Shown here piece by piece: positions 55,500 through 64,000 of a stretch of 64,000 nucleotides of DNA (position 1 is the first letter of the stretch; every line of letters begins with the position of its first letter). The notes under the pieces are model-generated. The model did no database searches, had not been told where the DNA came from, and was given only the letters and a program-made list of their open reading frames with translations. The position numbers were made by a program, and so were the translations under genes. Source of the stretch: Desulfarculales bacterium UBA696 (GTDB lineage Bacteria > Desulfobacterota > Syntrophobacteria > Syntrophobacterales > Syntrophobacteraceae); assembly GCA_002298995.1 (NCBI GenBank), contig DBMO01000046.1, positions 12,567 through 76,566 on the forward strand, given 5' to 3'.

Positions 55500-57836
55500 A
55501 TGTTTAGGACGTGGCTGGCGGCTAAGAATCGCATCGTACTTTGGATTATAATTCCATTCTTTCTGGTTGGTTTAACCATATCTGCCCTCTCGGTCTATTT
55601 CTGGACCAAGCCGGTAACCTCCTTTATCGAAAGCCGCAACGAGGACGAGCTCAAATTGGCATCTAGCCTGGGCATTCAGTACTGCGAGGACAGGCTGAAC
55701 GAAATTCTCAATCTCAGGCTCGAAAACGATCCTGAAATGGTTGCTTCCATGCGTGCCGAGGCCATAAAAGAGGTAATAGGTATAAACAAGGGATTCAGCC
55801 ATATCCAGATGATGATCGTGGAAGCCGGGAACACGGTTGTAGGCGCTTCGGTTCCCGACCTATCCGAGTTTCCAGCCAATATGACACGGGAGAAAACCCC
55901 GGTTATACGGGAAATACTTGGCAGCAGGCCGGTGAGGATGCATTACCGATATTTCCCGTTCTGGCGCTGGCACATTATAAGTTTCATCTACGAGAGCGAC
56001 TATCTCGGGCCGGTTCTCCTTGCCAGGGAGACCGTTTACGTTGCGAGCATCGCCGTGCTTTTGTTCATGACGGCGACGGTCCTTTTCCTGTTCAACCGCA
56101 TCCTCAATAGGCCGCTTACAAGGATAATTCACGCCGCGGAGGGAATCGCCCAGGGCCGATACACCCGATTGAGAATGACCAGGCGGGACGAAATAGGAAA
56201 ACTTGCCCAGGCATTCGACTCCATGGTGAAGAGTCTTGAAGATGATAAGAACTGGATTCACGCCATCATGTCAAAGCTCAAGGAGTCCGAGGAGCGCTAC
56301 CGGCTGCTCTCCGAGAATTCACTTGCAAATATCGTGATGGTGCAGGAGGGACGGTTCATATACGCGAACCGGACGACCATGGCAAACTCCGGCTATTCGG
56401 CCGACGAACTGTACCATCTGAACGTTTTGTCCTTCGTCCACCCGGAAGATCATGAACTTGTCAGGCAGAAGATGTTCGGCGATACAGAGGACGCGCTTTT
56501 GCCGGATCGCTATGAGTTCCGCTACATTACCAAAAACGGCGATACCAGGTGGCTGGAAATGTTGGCCGTTCCAACTTTCTACAGGGGCAAAACAGCCATG
56601 ATGGGGCACGCCATAGATATATCGGACAAGAAGAGGGCGCAGGAGGAGCAGAAAAAATTGGAGGATAAACTCCAGCAGGCACAGAAGCTGGAAGCTATCG
56701 GTACAATCGTGGGGGCGGTTGCCCATGATCTCAACAACATATTGGCGGGCCTTGTCGGCTACCCCGATCTGCTCCTGTTGCAGACCCCGGAAGAGAGTCC
56801 GCACCGCAAGTACATCCTCGCCATACAGCAATCGGGCCAGAAAGCCGCCGCAATCGTTCAGGACCTTCTTGCGATGGTAAGAAGGGGGGTGGTGGTAAAG
56901 GAAATCATCAACCTGAATAATGTTATCGAACAGTACCTGATATCGTCGGAACTGGAACGATTGCGCGGCGGCAACAATGATTTGAAAATCGAATCAGAAC
57001 TCGATCCAGATCTGCTCAACACTTCAGGTTCTCAAACCCACCTGTTCAAAAGCATCGTCAATCTGGTCTCCAATGCCGCTGATTCCTCAGGGCCTGGCGG
57101 CAGAATCAGCATCCGGACCGAGAACCGCTACATTGACCGGGACGGCACTTCCGATGACGACCCTCGGGAAGGAGAATACGTTGTAGTGAGCGTCTCGGAC
57201 AATGGCGCCGGGATTTCCAAAGCCGATCTGGCGAGGATATTCGAACCGTTCTATACAAAAAAGGTGCTCGGCAGAGGCGGTACGGGTCTTGGCATGCCCA
57301 TGGTGTGGTCCACGGTCAAGGACCACTCGGGCTACATCCAGGTGGAAACCGCGGAAGGTAGTGGGACCACGATCGAACTCTACTTTCCAGCAACCAGGGA
57401 AGCCCTGCCCAACAGGCAAGCCATTGCCTCGTTCGAGTCTCACGGGGGGACCGAAACTATCCTTGTGGTAGACGATGTAAAGGAGCAAAGGGAACTCGCC
57501 AGCGAATTTCTGACCAGTCTCGGGTACACCGTGCATCTTGCCAGGAGTGGAGAAGAAGCGGTTGAATATTTCAAAAACAACGGCCGCGCCGACCTGCTGG
57601 TCCTCGATATGATAATGGACCCCGGAATTGACGGCCTGGAGACCTACAAGAAAATCCTCGATCTTCGACCGGCACAAAGAGCGATTATCGCCAGCGGCTT
57701 TTCCGAATCCGACCGTATAAGGGATGCCCGCAGACTCGGCGCCAAGACCTGCATCATCAAGCCCTATACCCTGCAAAAACTCGCCTTGGCCGTAAGAGAA
57801 GAATTAAACAGGTGCAGCGACGGCCACTTAGCTTGA
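55500..57836 (+). CDS. Hybrid sensor histidine kinase (periplasmic domain-HAMP-PAS-HisKA-HATPase-REC)
   Basis: Two TM segments flank a ~150-aa external domain. HAMP (RPLTRIIHAAEGIAQG...), PAS, H-box AVAHDLNNIL, G-boxes DNGAGI and GTGLGM, and a receiver domain ILVVDD...LVLDMIMDPGIDG. Confidence 0.9.
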   Translation: MFRTWLAAKNRIVLWIIIPFFLVGLTISALSVYFWTKPVTSFIESRNEDELKLASSLGIQYCEDRLNEILNLRLENDPEMVASMRAEAIKEVIGINKGFSHIQMMIVEAGNTVVGASVPDLSEFPANMTREKTPVIREILGSRPVRMHYRYFPFWRWHIISFIYESDYLGPVLLARETVYVASIAVLLFMTATVLFLFNRILNRPLTRIIHAAEGIAQGRYTRLRMTRRDEIGKLAQAFDSMVKSLEDDKNWIHAIMSKLKESEERYRLLSENSLANIVMVQEGRFIYANRTTMANSGYSADELYHLNVLSFVHPEDHELVRQKMFGDTEDALLPDRYEFRYITKNGDTRWLEMLAVPTFYRGKTAMMGHAIDISDKKRAQEEQKKLEDKLQQAQKLEAIGTIVGAVAHDLNNILAGLVGYPDLLLLQTPEESPHRKYILAIQQSGQKAAAIVQDLLAMVRRGVVVKEIINLNNVIEQYLISSELERLRGGNNDLKIESELDPDLLNTSGSQTHLFKSIVNLVSNAADSSGPGGRISIRTENRYIDRDGTSDDDPREGEYVVVSVSDNGAGISKADLARIFEPFYTKKVLGRGGTGLGMPMVWSTVKDHSGYIQVETAEGSGTTIELYFPATREALPNRQAIASFESHGGTETILVVDDVKEQRELASEFLTSLGYTVHLARSGEEAVEYFKNNGRADLLVLDMIMDPGIDGLETYKKILDLRPAQRAIIASGFSESDRIRDARRLGAKTCIIKPYTLQKLALAVREELNRCSDGHLA

Positions 57837-57914
57837 GGATCATCTTCGATATTTGCTTCCAATGCTTTTTTTTTGCGCGAGGGGATTTCCATGGAGCGCC
57901 GAGCTTCCTCTCCA

Positions 57915-58517
57915 TTAGTCCCGCCGGTTAAACTCGTTCATCGACGCTGTAAGGCAGGTGGAAAGAATTGTGATAGCTGCTTTCTCGGCCTGGTCGAGAA
58001 GTGTTTCGAACTCTTCGCGATCTTCGGCGTAGGGTGGCTGCAACACGAATGTCTCGACAGGCTCGCCGTGCTTGGGGCGGCCGATACCGAGTTTAAGGCG
58101 GGGGAAATCGCTTGTACCAAGGTGGTCCATTATTGACTGCACCCCCTTATGTCCGCCCGCTCCGCCTCTTGCGGCAATGCGAATCCTCGCGAAGGGAAGG
58201 TCCAGGTCGTCGTGGATAACAATGGCCTGCTGGGGTGCGATTCCAAAATATTTCAGGACTTCTCCGACCGCTTCCCCGCTGCGATTCATGTAGGTAAGCG
58301 GCTTTACGAAAAGAATTTTTCGCCCTTCGGCCTGCCCCGCGCCCCAGCTTGCCCGGAACTTTCGCTCCTGCATCCCGATCCTGTAGTGGTCGATCAGCCG
58401 GTCGGCTATCTTGAAACCGACATTGTGCCGGGTATTTTCGTATTCTTTTCCCGGATTTCCGAGGCCGATAACGGCCAGAATCTTATCCTCGTCGGAATTC
58501 CGGCAGGGATCGCTCAT
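57915..58517 (-). CDS. pth: Peptidyl-tRNA hydrolase
   Basis: IGLGNPGKEYENTRHNVGF and HDDLDLPF. Confidence 0.9.
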   Translation of the reverse strand: MSDPCRNSDEDKILAVIGLGNPGKEYENTRHNVGFKIADRLIDHYRIGMQERKFRASWGAGQAEGRKILFVKPLTYMNRSGEAVGEVLKYFGIAPQQAIVIHDDLDLPFARIRIAARGGAGGHKGVQSIMDHLGTSDFPRLKLGIGRPKHGEPVETFVLQPPYAEDREEFETLLDQAEKAAITILSTCLTASMNEFNRRD

Positions 58518-58664
58518 AGGCTCCCTCCATCGAGCAACGGCATGCTAGCCGTAAATTACCGCCTATAAGAGATTGCGGGTAACAAAAGAGCGGGGGAAAA
58601 TCTCCCGCCGCTCTTCATTGCGCTCTGTTGCTGTAGTCTAACCCTTATATCCACGAGTGAGGCG

Positions 58665-59261
58665 CTACTTGGCCTTGCCTTCCCCCTCGCCGGGCGTTTC
58701 GGCCACTTCGGGGGCAAGGATGCTAACGACGCCCATGGCTTTCTCATCCGTAAGCTCGTAGCCGGCTTGCGCTTCGAGGTCTCCGACGTGCAGAATGTTG
58801 CCCAGGTCCAGCTTGCTGACATTGATCTTGACACTTTCCGGAATCTGGTTGGGAAGACACCGGACCGAGAGAGTGCGCTGGATGAGGTTCAATTCGCCGC
58901 CCTTGGAAACGCCGATCGAGTCGCCGATCAGTTCCACCGGGACCTCGACCTCGATGGGCTGATCGAGCGGCACTTCGTAGAAATCGACGTGCAGAAAACG
59001 CCTGCGGTACGGGTGTACCTGGACTTCGCGTATGAGCACCTGCCGGGCTTCGCCACCGCCATCGATATTAAGGTTAAGGAGCTTGCTCTCCCCGTGCGTA
59101 TCGCGCAGCAGCTTTTCCAGCTGGAGGGCCGAAACGGACAGTGAAATGGCTTCTGTTTTGGGTCCGTACAGGATGGCCGGGACACTGCTTTCACGGCGGA
59201 TCCTTCGCGCAGCCCCTTTCCCGTGCTGGTCTCTTTTTTGCGCTGTAAGTTCAAAATTCAT
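58665..59261 (-). CDS. rplY: 50S ribosomal protein L25 / general stress protein Ctc
   Basis: KGAARRIRRESSVPAILYG, the long (Ctc) form with an acidic tail. Confidence 0.9.
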   Translation of the reverse strand: MNFELTAQKRDQHGKGAARRIRRESSVPAILYGPKTEAISLSVSALQLEKLLRDTHGESKLLNLNIDGGGEARQVLIREVQVHPYRRRFLHVDFYEVPLDQPIEVEVPVELIGDSIGVSKGGELNLIQRTLSVRCLPNQIPESVKINVSKLDLGNILHVGDLEAQAGYELTDEKAMGVVSILAPEVAETPGEGEGKAK

Positions 59262-59297
59262 CTACAAATTCCTCCTGTCAAGAGCGCGTGCGGGCGC

Positions 59298-60233
59298 TCA
59301 GATTTCTGCAAACATCGAGCTTACGTGTTCCTCGAAATGAACCCTTTTTATAGCTTCGGCAAGCATTGGCGCAATGCTGACATGGCGGATACGCCCGCAA
59401 TCAGCGGCCTGCCGCGAAAGCGGGATTGTATCGGTGACCATGAGCGTTCTAATCGGTGAAGAGACGATCTTCTCGACCGCACTGCCCGACAGCACCGGGT
59501 GAACGCAGCACGCGTCAACGACCCCAGCCCCCGCGGCCTGCGCCGCCATGGCCGTTCTCACCACCTTTGTGCCTGTATCCACCATATCGTCAAGTATGAT
59601 AACCCGCCGGCCTTTGACGTTTCCCACGATGTGCGGATGGGTTCCGTTTTCCTCTCGGTAGTCCATGAGGGCCAGGTCGAGCTTCAGGCGCGATGCAAAA
59701 AGGCGCGTGCGCTCGACACCCCCGGCATCCGGGGCTACCACGATTTCATCGCCTTTGATCTCGGGCTTGAGCTCGTTTATAAAGACAGTTGTCCCGAAAA
59801 GGTGATCCACCGGAATGTTGAAAAACCCCTGGATCTGATCGGCATGAAGATCGATGGTGATTACCCGGTGTGCGCCGGCGGCGGTTATTAAATCCGCCAT
59901 CATTTTGGCCGTGATCGCCACCCGGGGCTTTTCCTTCTGGTCCTGGCGTCCATAGCCGTAGTAGGGAATAACGGCATTTACGCGCCTTGCGGACGCCCTC
60001 TTCAGGGCATCGATCATGACCAGAAGCTCCATTATATTCTCATTGACCGGCGGACACGTGGACTGAAGGACATAGGTGTCCTTCCCCCTGACGTTCTCGC
60101 CGATTTCGACCCGTATTTCACCGTCGCTGAAGCGACCGACGAGGACCTTGCCGGGTGTGATCCCGAGCTGCGAGCAGACCTTCTCGTTCAGCGGGTTCGA
60201 ATTTCCAGCAAAAAGAGTGAGACGGCTCCACAT
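59298..60233 (-). CDS. prs: Ribose-phosphate pyrophosphokinase
   Basis: LFAGNSNPLNEKV, HADQIQGFF and DDMVDTGTK motifs. Start chosen at MWSRL. Confidence 0.9.
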   Translation of the reverse strand: MWSRLTLFAGNSNPLNEKVCSQLGITPGKVLVGRFSDGEIRVEIGENVRGKDTYVLQSTCPPVNENIMELLVMIDALKRASARRVNAVIPYYGYGRQDQKEKPRVAITAKMMADLITAAGAHRVITIDLHADQIQGFFNIPVDHLFGTTVFINELKPEIKGDEIVVAPDAGGVERTRLFASRLKLDLALMDYREENGTHPHIVGNVKGRRVIILDDMVDTGTKVVRTAMAAQAAGAGVVDACCVHPVLSGSAVEKIVSSPIRTLMVTDTIPLSRQAADCGRIRHVSIAPMLAEAIKRVHFEEHVSSMFAEI

Positions 60234-60293
60234 AGACTTCAACTTCGCTCGAAAGTGACCGGAGGACTCGAAAATCCGGCACCTCAAAAAAAA

Positions 60294-60368
60294 TGGCTGG
60301 GGCGGAAGGATTCGAACCTTCGAATGCGGGTGCCAAAGACCCGTGCCTTACCGCTTGGCCACGCCCCA
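60294..60368 (-). tRNA. tRNA-Gln (anticodon TTG)
   Basis: Minus strand reads TGGGGCGTGGCCAAGCGGTAAGGCACGGGTCTTTGGCACCCGCATTCGAAGGTTCGAATCCTTCCGCCCCAGCCA. The anticodon loop is CTTTGGC. Confidence 0.95.
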
Positions 60369-60428
60369 AACAGCTGGGTAATGACAATTTAACAGCGAGG
60401 GCAATTTGCCGCCGCTCAAAAAAACTCC

Positions 60429-61313
60429 TCAGGAGGAGCTGATCATGCGAATATTTTTTTCGTCTTTAATAATGACTTTAGCGGAACCAGCCCAAAAGTT
60501 CGGCCAATCCCTTCCGGCGTCGATTTCGGCCGCCAGGGCAGCATCCCGGGATTCGAAAATCCCGAAAACAGTGGGTCCGCTTCCACTCATCGATGATGCC
60601 AGAGCACCGCGCCCGAGCAGCCACTTCTTCAAGTCCGAGATGACCGGGTACTGAGAGGTAGTAACCGATTCGAGATCGTTTTCAATCACCTCGGCGGGTT
60701 TTCGCGAAACAGTGTTGAAACGACCAAGTGTAATTTGAGACTTTCCTCTTGTCAATTTTAAATTCGAGTAGACCCAGGCGGTCGGCACACTGACAGGAGG
60801 CTTTATCAACAAAAGAGGATATTCCGGAATACCGTCCGCAAATTCGAGCTTCTCCCCTATTCCGGTTGCCAGTGCGGGTTTTTGGTGCAAAAAGAAAGGA
60901 ACGTCGGCACCCAGCCCCAGGGCGATCTTGTGAAGGGAAGCAGCGGGCAGTATGTTTTGAAAACAATGGTTTAGGGCGAGAAGAACCCCTGCGGCATCCG
61001 AGCTTCCGCCGCCCAGGCCGGCCCCGGAAGGTATGTTCTTTTCGAGGTCGATATGAACGGCCCGAGTGAGTCCGCCGGCTTCGAGGAAACGCTCGGCGGC
61101 ACGCCACGCGAGATTTCGGGAATCCTCGGGGATACCAGTGGTGTTGCAGCGGAGGGAAACCGGTCCAGCTGCCTCACTCACCTCGACGGCGATCCTGTCG
61201 AAGATCGACACCGGCAGCATCAAGCTGGACAGTTCATGGTATCCGTCCTCGCGCTTGCGGACAACCTCCAGCCAGAGGTTTATTTTTGCGGGTACGTAGG
61301 TCTCGACAACCAA
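60429..61313 (-). CDS. ispE: 4-diphosphocytidyl-2-C-methyl-D-erythritol kinase
   Basis: PAKINLWLEVVRKREDGYHEL and GAGLGGGSSDAA (GHMP kinase motif). Confidence 0.9.
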   Translation of the reverse strand: MVVETYVPAKINLWLEVVRKREDGYHELSSLMLPVSIFDRIAVEVSEAAGPVSLRCNTTGIPEDSRNLAWRAAERFLEAGGLTRAVHIDLEKNIPSGAGLGGGSSDAAGVLLALNHCFQNILPAASLHKIALGLGADVPFFLHQKPALATGIGEKLEFADGIPEYPLLLIKPPVSVPTAWVYSNLKLTRGKSQITLGRFNTVSRKPAEVIENDLESVTTSQYPVISDLKKWLLGRGALASSMSGSGPTVFGIFESRDAALAAEIDAGRDWPNFWAGSAKVIIKDEKNIRMISSS

Positions 61314-61336
61314 GGGGTCCGGGCCTCTTTGTTCGG

Positions 61337-61771
61337 CTACTTGCCGCTCGATTTCTGAACGTAGCGCATTCTTAAATCGTACAGGACCGATTTAAGAAGC
61401 TGTTCCTCGTCCTTGTCGAGATTACCCTTGGTCTTTTCTTCGAGCATGCCGAGAGTGTCTATGATCTGCTTGGCCAAGCCGAGGTCGACATGGGTCTCGT
61501 TGGTTTCAGGCTCCTGGATTTCCCCCAGGAGAACCAGGGCCGAAGAGCTGAGGGAGAAGATAAAAGTTGCCATCGAGACCTCGGGAAGAGGCCGCTCCCG
61601 TCCGGCTTCTCCGGCTTTCTTTTCAGGACCGGGTTCACTGGGCTTCCGCTCGGCCTTTTCTTCCTTGCCGGCTTCGCTTTCGGCCCGTGTCTCTTTTCCG
61701 GCTTCCTCCTCGGAGGTGAACCTGCGTTTGTCCTTAATGACGAATCCCTTGTCTTCTTCTTTTTCTGCCAT
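61337..61771 (-). CDS. DUF1844-family protein
   Basis: Acidic/Lys-rich N-terminus, then FIFSLSSSALVLLGE...AKQIIDTLGMLEEKTKGNL, a motif I associate with DUF1844. Confidence 0.65.
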   Translation of the reverse strand: MAEKEEDKGFVIKDKRRFTSEEEAGKETRAESEAGKEEKAERKPSEPGPEKKAGEAGRERPLPEVSMATFIFSLSSSALVLLGEIQEPETNETHVDLGLAKQIIDTLGMLEEKTKGNLDKDEEQLLKSVLYDLRMRYVQKSSGK

Positions 61772-61851
61772 TGAACCCTTCCTCCAGCATTAGAATCCAG
61801 AAAGCGGGTCTTGCCGCGCCGAAAAGCGACCCGGCGGGAACTATCGAGAGC

Positions 61852-63432
61852 CTAAACCTCCACTGCCTGCACGATATCGACGTTGTCCATCGCCAGCAGT
61901 TCCTTGATTACCGCCGGGGGCGTGGATGTATCGGTTCGCAGGAAGATAATGTTTTGTCCGCGTTCGAGCACCTGCCCGACGCTCATTTTTGAAATATTTA
62001 CATTGTTGCGGCCAAGACAAGTCCCGATTGCCCCTATGGTGCCAGGAGTATCGATATTGTATATAAGCAGCAGGTGTCCCTCGAGCGCCGCTTCCAGCCG
62101 AAAGTCGTTTATGCGCACCATTCGCGGTTCTTTTTTCCCGAATATGGTGCCCGCTACCATGTTTTCCTGCTCGGAGGTTTTAACGTGAATGCTTATGAGG
62201 TTCGTGTAGTCTTCGGCCTCGCTTCGGACCGCCTCGGTCACCTTGATGTTTCTTTCCTTTACATGGACCGGGACGTTCACGAAATTAACCATGTCGCCGA
62301 GGATTGGGCTAAGCATCCCCTTGAGGATAGCTATGGTAAGGGGATTTTTCTCCAGGGCGGCCACCTCGCCGACGTACTCTATCGATACCTTCTGGATGGC
62401 CCCCTTGGTCATCTGGGTAAGTACGCTCCCAAGCTTTTCGGCCAATCCGAGATAAGGCCGCAGCTTCGCCAAGACAGCGCCGTCGATATTGGGGGCATTG
62501 ACCGCATTACGGATGGTCCCGCGTGTAAGAAAATCCGCGACCTGGTCGGCAACCGCCACCGCCACGTTCTCCTGGGCTTCTTCGGTCGATGCGCCCAAAT
62601 GGGGAGTCGCCACCACCTGTTCGAGTTCAATAAGCGGATTCCCAACTGGAGGTTCCGAGCTGAACACATCGAGTGCCGCACCGGCTACTATACCGCTCTT
62701 GATGGCTTCGGCGAGGTCAGCCTCATTTACTATGCCCCCTCGAGCGCAGTTGATGATGAATACGCCCGGCTTCATCTTTTTAAATGCATCGGAGCTGAAC
62801 AGGTTTCGGGTTTCCGCCGTCATGGGGGTGTGAACCGTTATGTAGTCTGAGCGCGCAAAAAGCTCATCCAGGCTCACCGCCTCGATGTCCATCTGCTCCA
62901 ATACCTCGGAATTGATGAAGGGATCAAAACCTATGACCTTCATCTTGAGCCCCATCGCCCTGTCGGCGACCACCCGCCCAATCCGTCCGAGCCCTATAAT
63001 CCCGAGCACCTTGTTAAAAACTTCCTTGCCCTGGAAGCGCTTCTTTTCCCATTTACCAGCCTTAATAGAACTGGATGCCTGGGGGATATTCCGGGTCAGG
63101 GAAAGCATCAAGGCGATCGCGTGTTCCGCGGTCGTTATGACGTTGCCTTCGGGAGTGTTCATTACGACGATCCCGTGCTTGCTCGCCGCCTCCACGTCAA
63201 CATTGTCGAGCCCTATCCCCGCGCGGCCGATCACTTTCAGGTTGCCGGCATTCTCGAGCACATCCGCCGTCACCTTGGTCCCGCTGCGGATCACGAGCGC
63301 ATCGAAATCCTTGATGGCCTGACGGAACTGCTCCGGCGTGAGCTTGGTTTTTACCTCGACCTGGAACCCGGGGACCCTTGTGAGCTTCTCTATTCCGGCA
63401 TCGGACAAGTCATCGCTGACCAAAATCCTCAT
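61852..63432 (-). CDS. serA: D-3-phosphoglycerate dehydrogenase (long form with ACT domain)
   Basis: GIIGLGRIGRVVA NAD motif and catalytic ...TPHLGAST. GGAGG lies 5 nt before MRILVSD. Confidence 0.9.
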   Translation of the reverse strand: MRILVSDDLSDAGIEKLTRVPGFQVEVKTKLTPEQFRQAIKDFDALVIRSGTKVTADVLENAGNLKVIGRAGIGLDNVDVEAASKHGIVVMNTPEGNVITTAEHAIALMLSLTRNIPQASSSIKAGKWEKKRFQGKEVFNKVLGIIGLGRIGRVVADRAMGLKMKVIGFDPFINSEVLEQMDIEAVSLDELFARSDYITVHTPMTAETRNLFSSDAFKKMKPGVFIINCARGGIVNEADLAEAIKSGIVAGAALDVFSSEPPVGNPLIELEQVVATPHLGASTEEAQENVAVAVADQVADFLTRGTIRNAVNAPNIDGAVLAKLRPYLGLAEKLGSVLTQMTKGAIQKVSIEYVGEVAALEKNPLTIAILKGMLSPILGDMVNFVNVPVHVKERNIKVTEAVRSEAEDYTNLISIHVKTSEQENMVAGTIFGKKEPRMVRINDFRLEAALEGHLLLIYNIDTPGTIGAIGTCLGRNNVNISKMSVGQVLERGQNIIFLRTDTSTPPAVIKELLAMDNVDIVQAVEV

Positions 63433-63504
63433 CAAAACCTCCATGAAACCCGACCCGCTCCTTCCCGGAGAGCCGGTCTTCCCTTGATAAAAATGCGCAC
63501 CCCA

Positions 63505-63536
63505 AAATAGACAAATCCCGCATGAGCGGGAATTTA
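63505..63536 (-). terminator. Hairpin between the ADH-like gene and serA
   Basis: AATCCCGC-atga-GCGGGATT core. On the minus strand it is followed by TTTGTCTATTTT. Confidence 0.45.
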
Positions 63537-63781
63537 GTAGCCGAAAAGGAACATTTAAGTTTCAATCCAGCACCCCGGCGCGGGGGCGGTATTACAATAG
63601 TTTCCCACTTCTTGAGTGAATTATCTACGCTAGCATCCCTGGCCCATTGGCGTCAAGTGGCAATGCGCAAGGCATTTGCCTAAAATGGTCTACTCCGGGC
63701 GCCTGCCTTGATGGATGGTCCATAATGCTCTATGCGCCCGACCAGAGCAACGTCGCATCATCAGGGGGAATCCGCCCGCAT

Positions 63782-64000
63782 TCAAAAGCGCAGCACCGGT
63801 TTTACCACGAAGCCGGAAAGAGAGTCCCTTACACCCTCGTTAATTTCAGAGGCGGGGTACTCTTGCACCAGCGCATCCACGGGAAATTTCCCTTCCCGAA
63901 ACGCTTTTATTAGAGACGGGATAAATTTTTGCGGGTTGCTGTCTCCCGCGATGCTGTAGAAAACCATCTGGCCGGGACCGGGTTTTGGGGGAGAGATTTG
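63782..64000 (-). CDS. C-terminal fragment of a Zn-dependent alcohol dehydrogenase-like protein (5' end outside the window)
   Basis: ...FIPSLIKAFREGKFPVDALVQEYPASEINEGVRDSLSGFVVKPVLRF resembles the C-termini of aryl/benzyl alcohol dehydrogenases. Confidence 0.55.
   Translation of the reverse strand, partial: QISPPKPGPGQMVFYSIAGDSNPQKFIPSLIKAFREGKFPVDALVQEYPASEINEGVRDSLSGFVVKPVLRF

Overview
This is a 64-kb chromosomal segment, moderately GC-rich by eye, with about 60 protein genes and 3 tRNAs. Gene content suggests a strict anaerobe of the Deltaproteobacteria/Desulfobacterota type. That placement is an inference from class III PHA synthase PhaEC, a membrane H+-pyrophosphatase, cytochrome bd plus rubrerythrin, a PEP-CTERM protein and a split B12 acyl-CoA mutase. 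Most of the window is housekeeping: EF-G, tadA, htrA, hppA, pyrK/pyrD, tig-clpP, the pth-rplY-prs-tRNA(Gln)-ispE block, and serA. Peptidoglycan remodelling and recycling genes are unusually frequent: a MepA-like/LysM endopeptidase, a YcbB-type L,D-transpeptidase, MltB, AmpG and PgeF. I found no transposase, integrase, phage gene, CRISPR array, cas gene, reverse transcriptase or recognisable toxin-antitoxin or defence operon, so I cannot point to a clear new multi-gene system. The observations most worth follow-up are listed here. (1) The B12 mutase carries the Phe/Gln substrate signature of isobutyryl-CoA mutase rather than the Tyr/Arg signature of methylmalonyl-CoA mutase. It faces a Trp-rich membrane protein of unknown function across 846 bp of apparently non-coding DNA. 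(2) A 640-bp region upstream of phaEC is packed with GAGACA hexamers and is also a single 205-codon open frame. (3) Several families of short dispersed palindromic repeats sit only in intergenic DNA, including a 33-bp perfect inverted repeat with a partial second copy at the clpP 3' junction, where clpX is missing. (4) Small Cys-rich ORFs are translationally coupled to an L,D-transpeptidase and to an HNH endonuclease. (5) An ORF upstream of rubrerythrin runs about 220 nt into the rubrerythrin gene. All calls come from reading the ORF translations and the DNA. No database search or computation was run.
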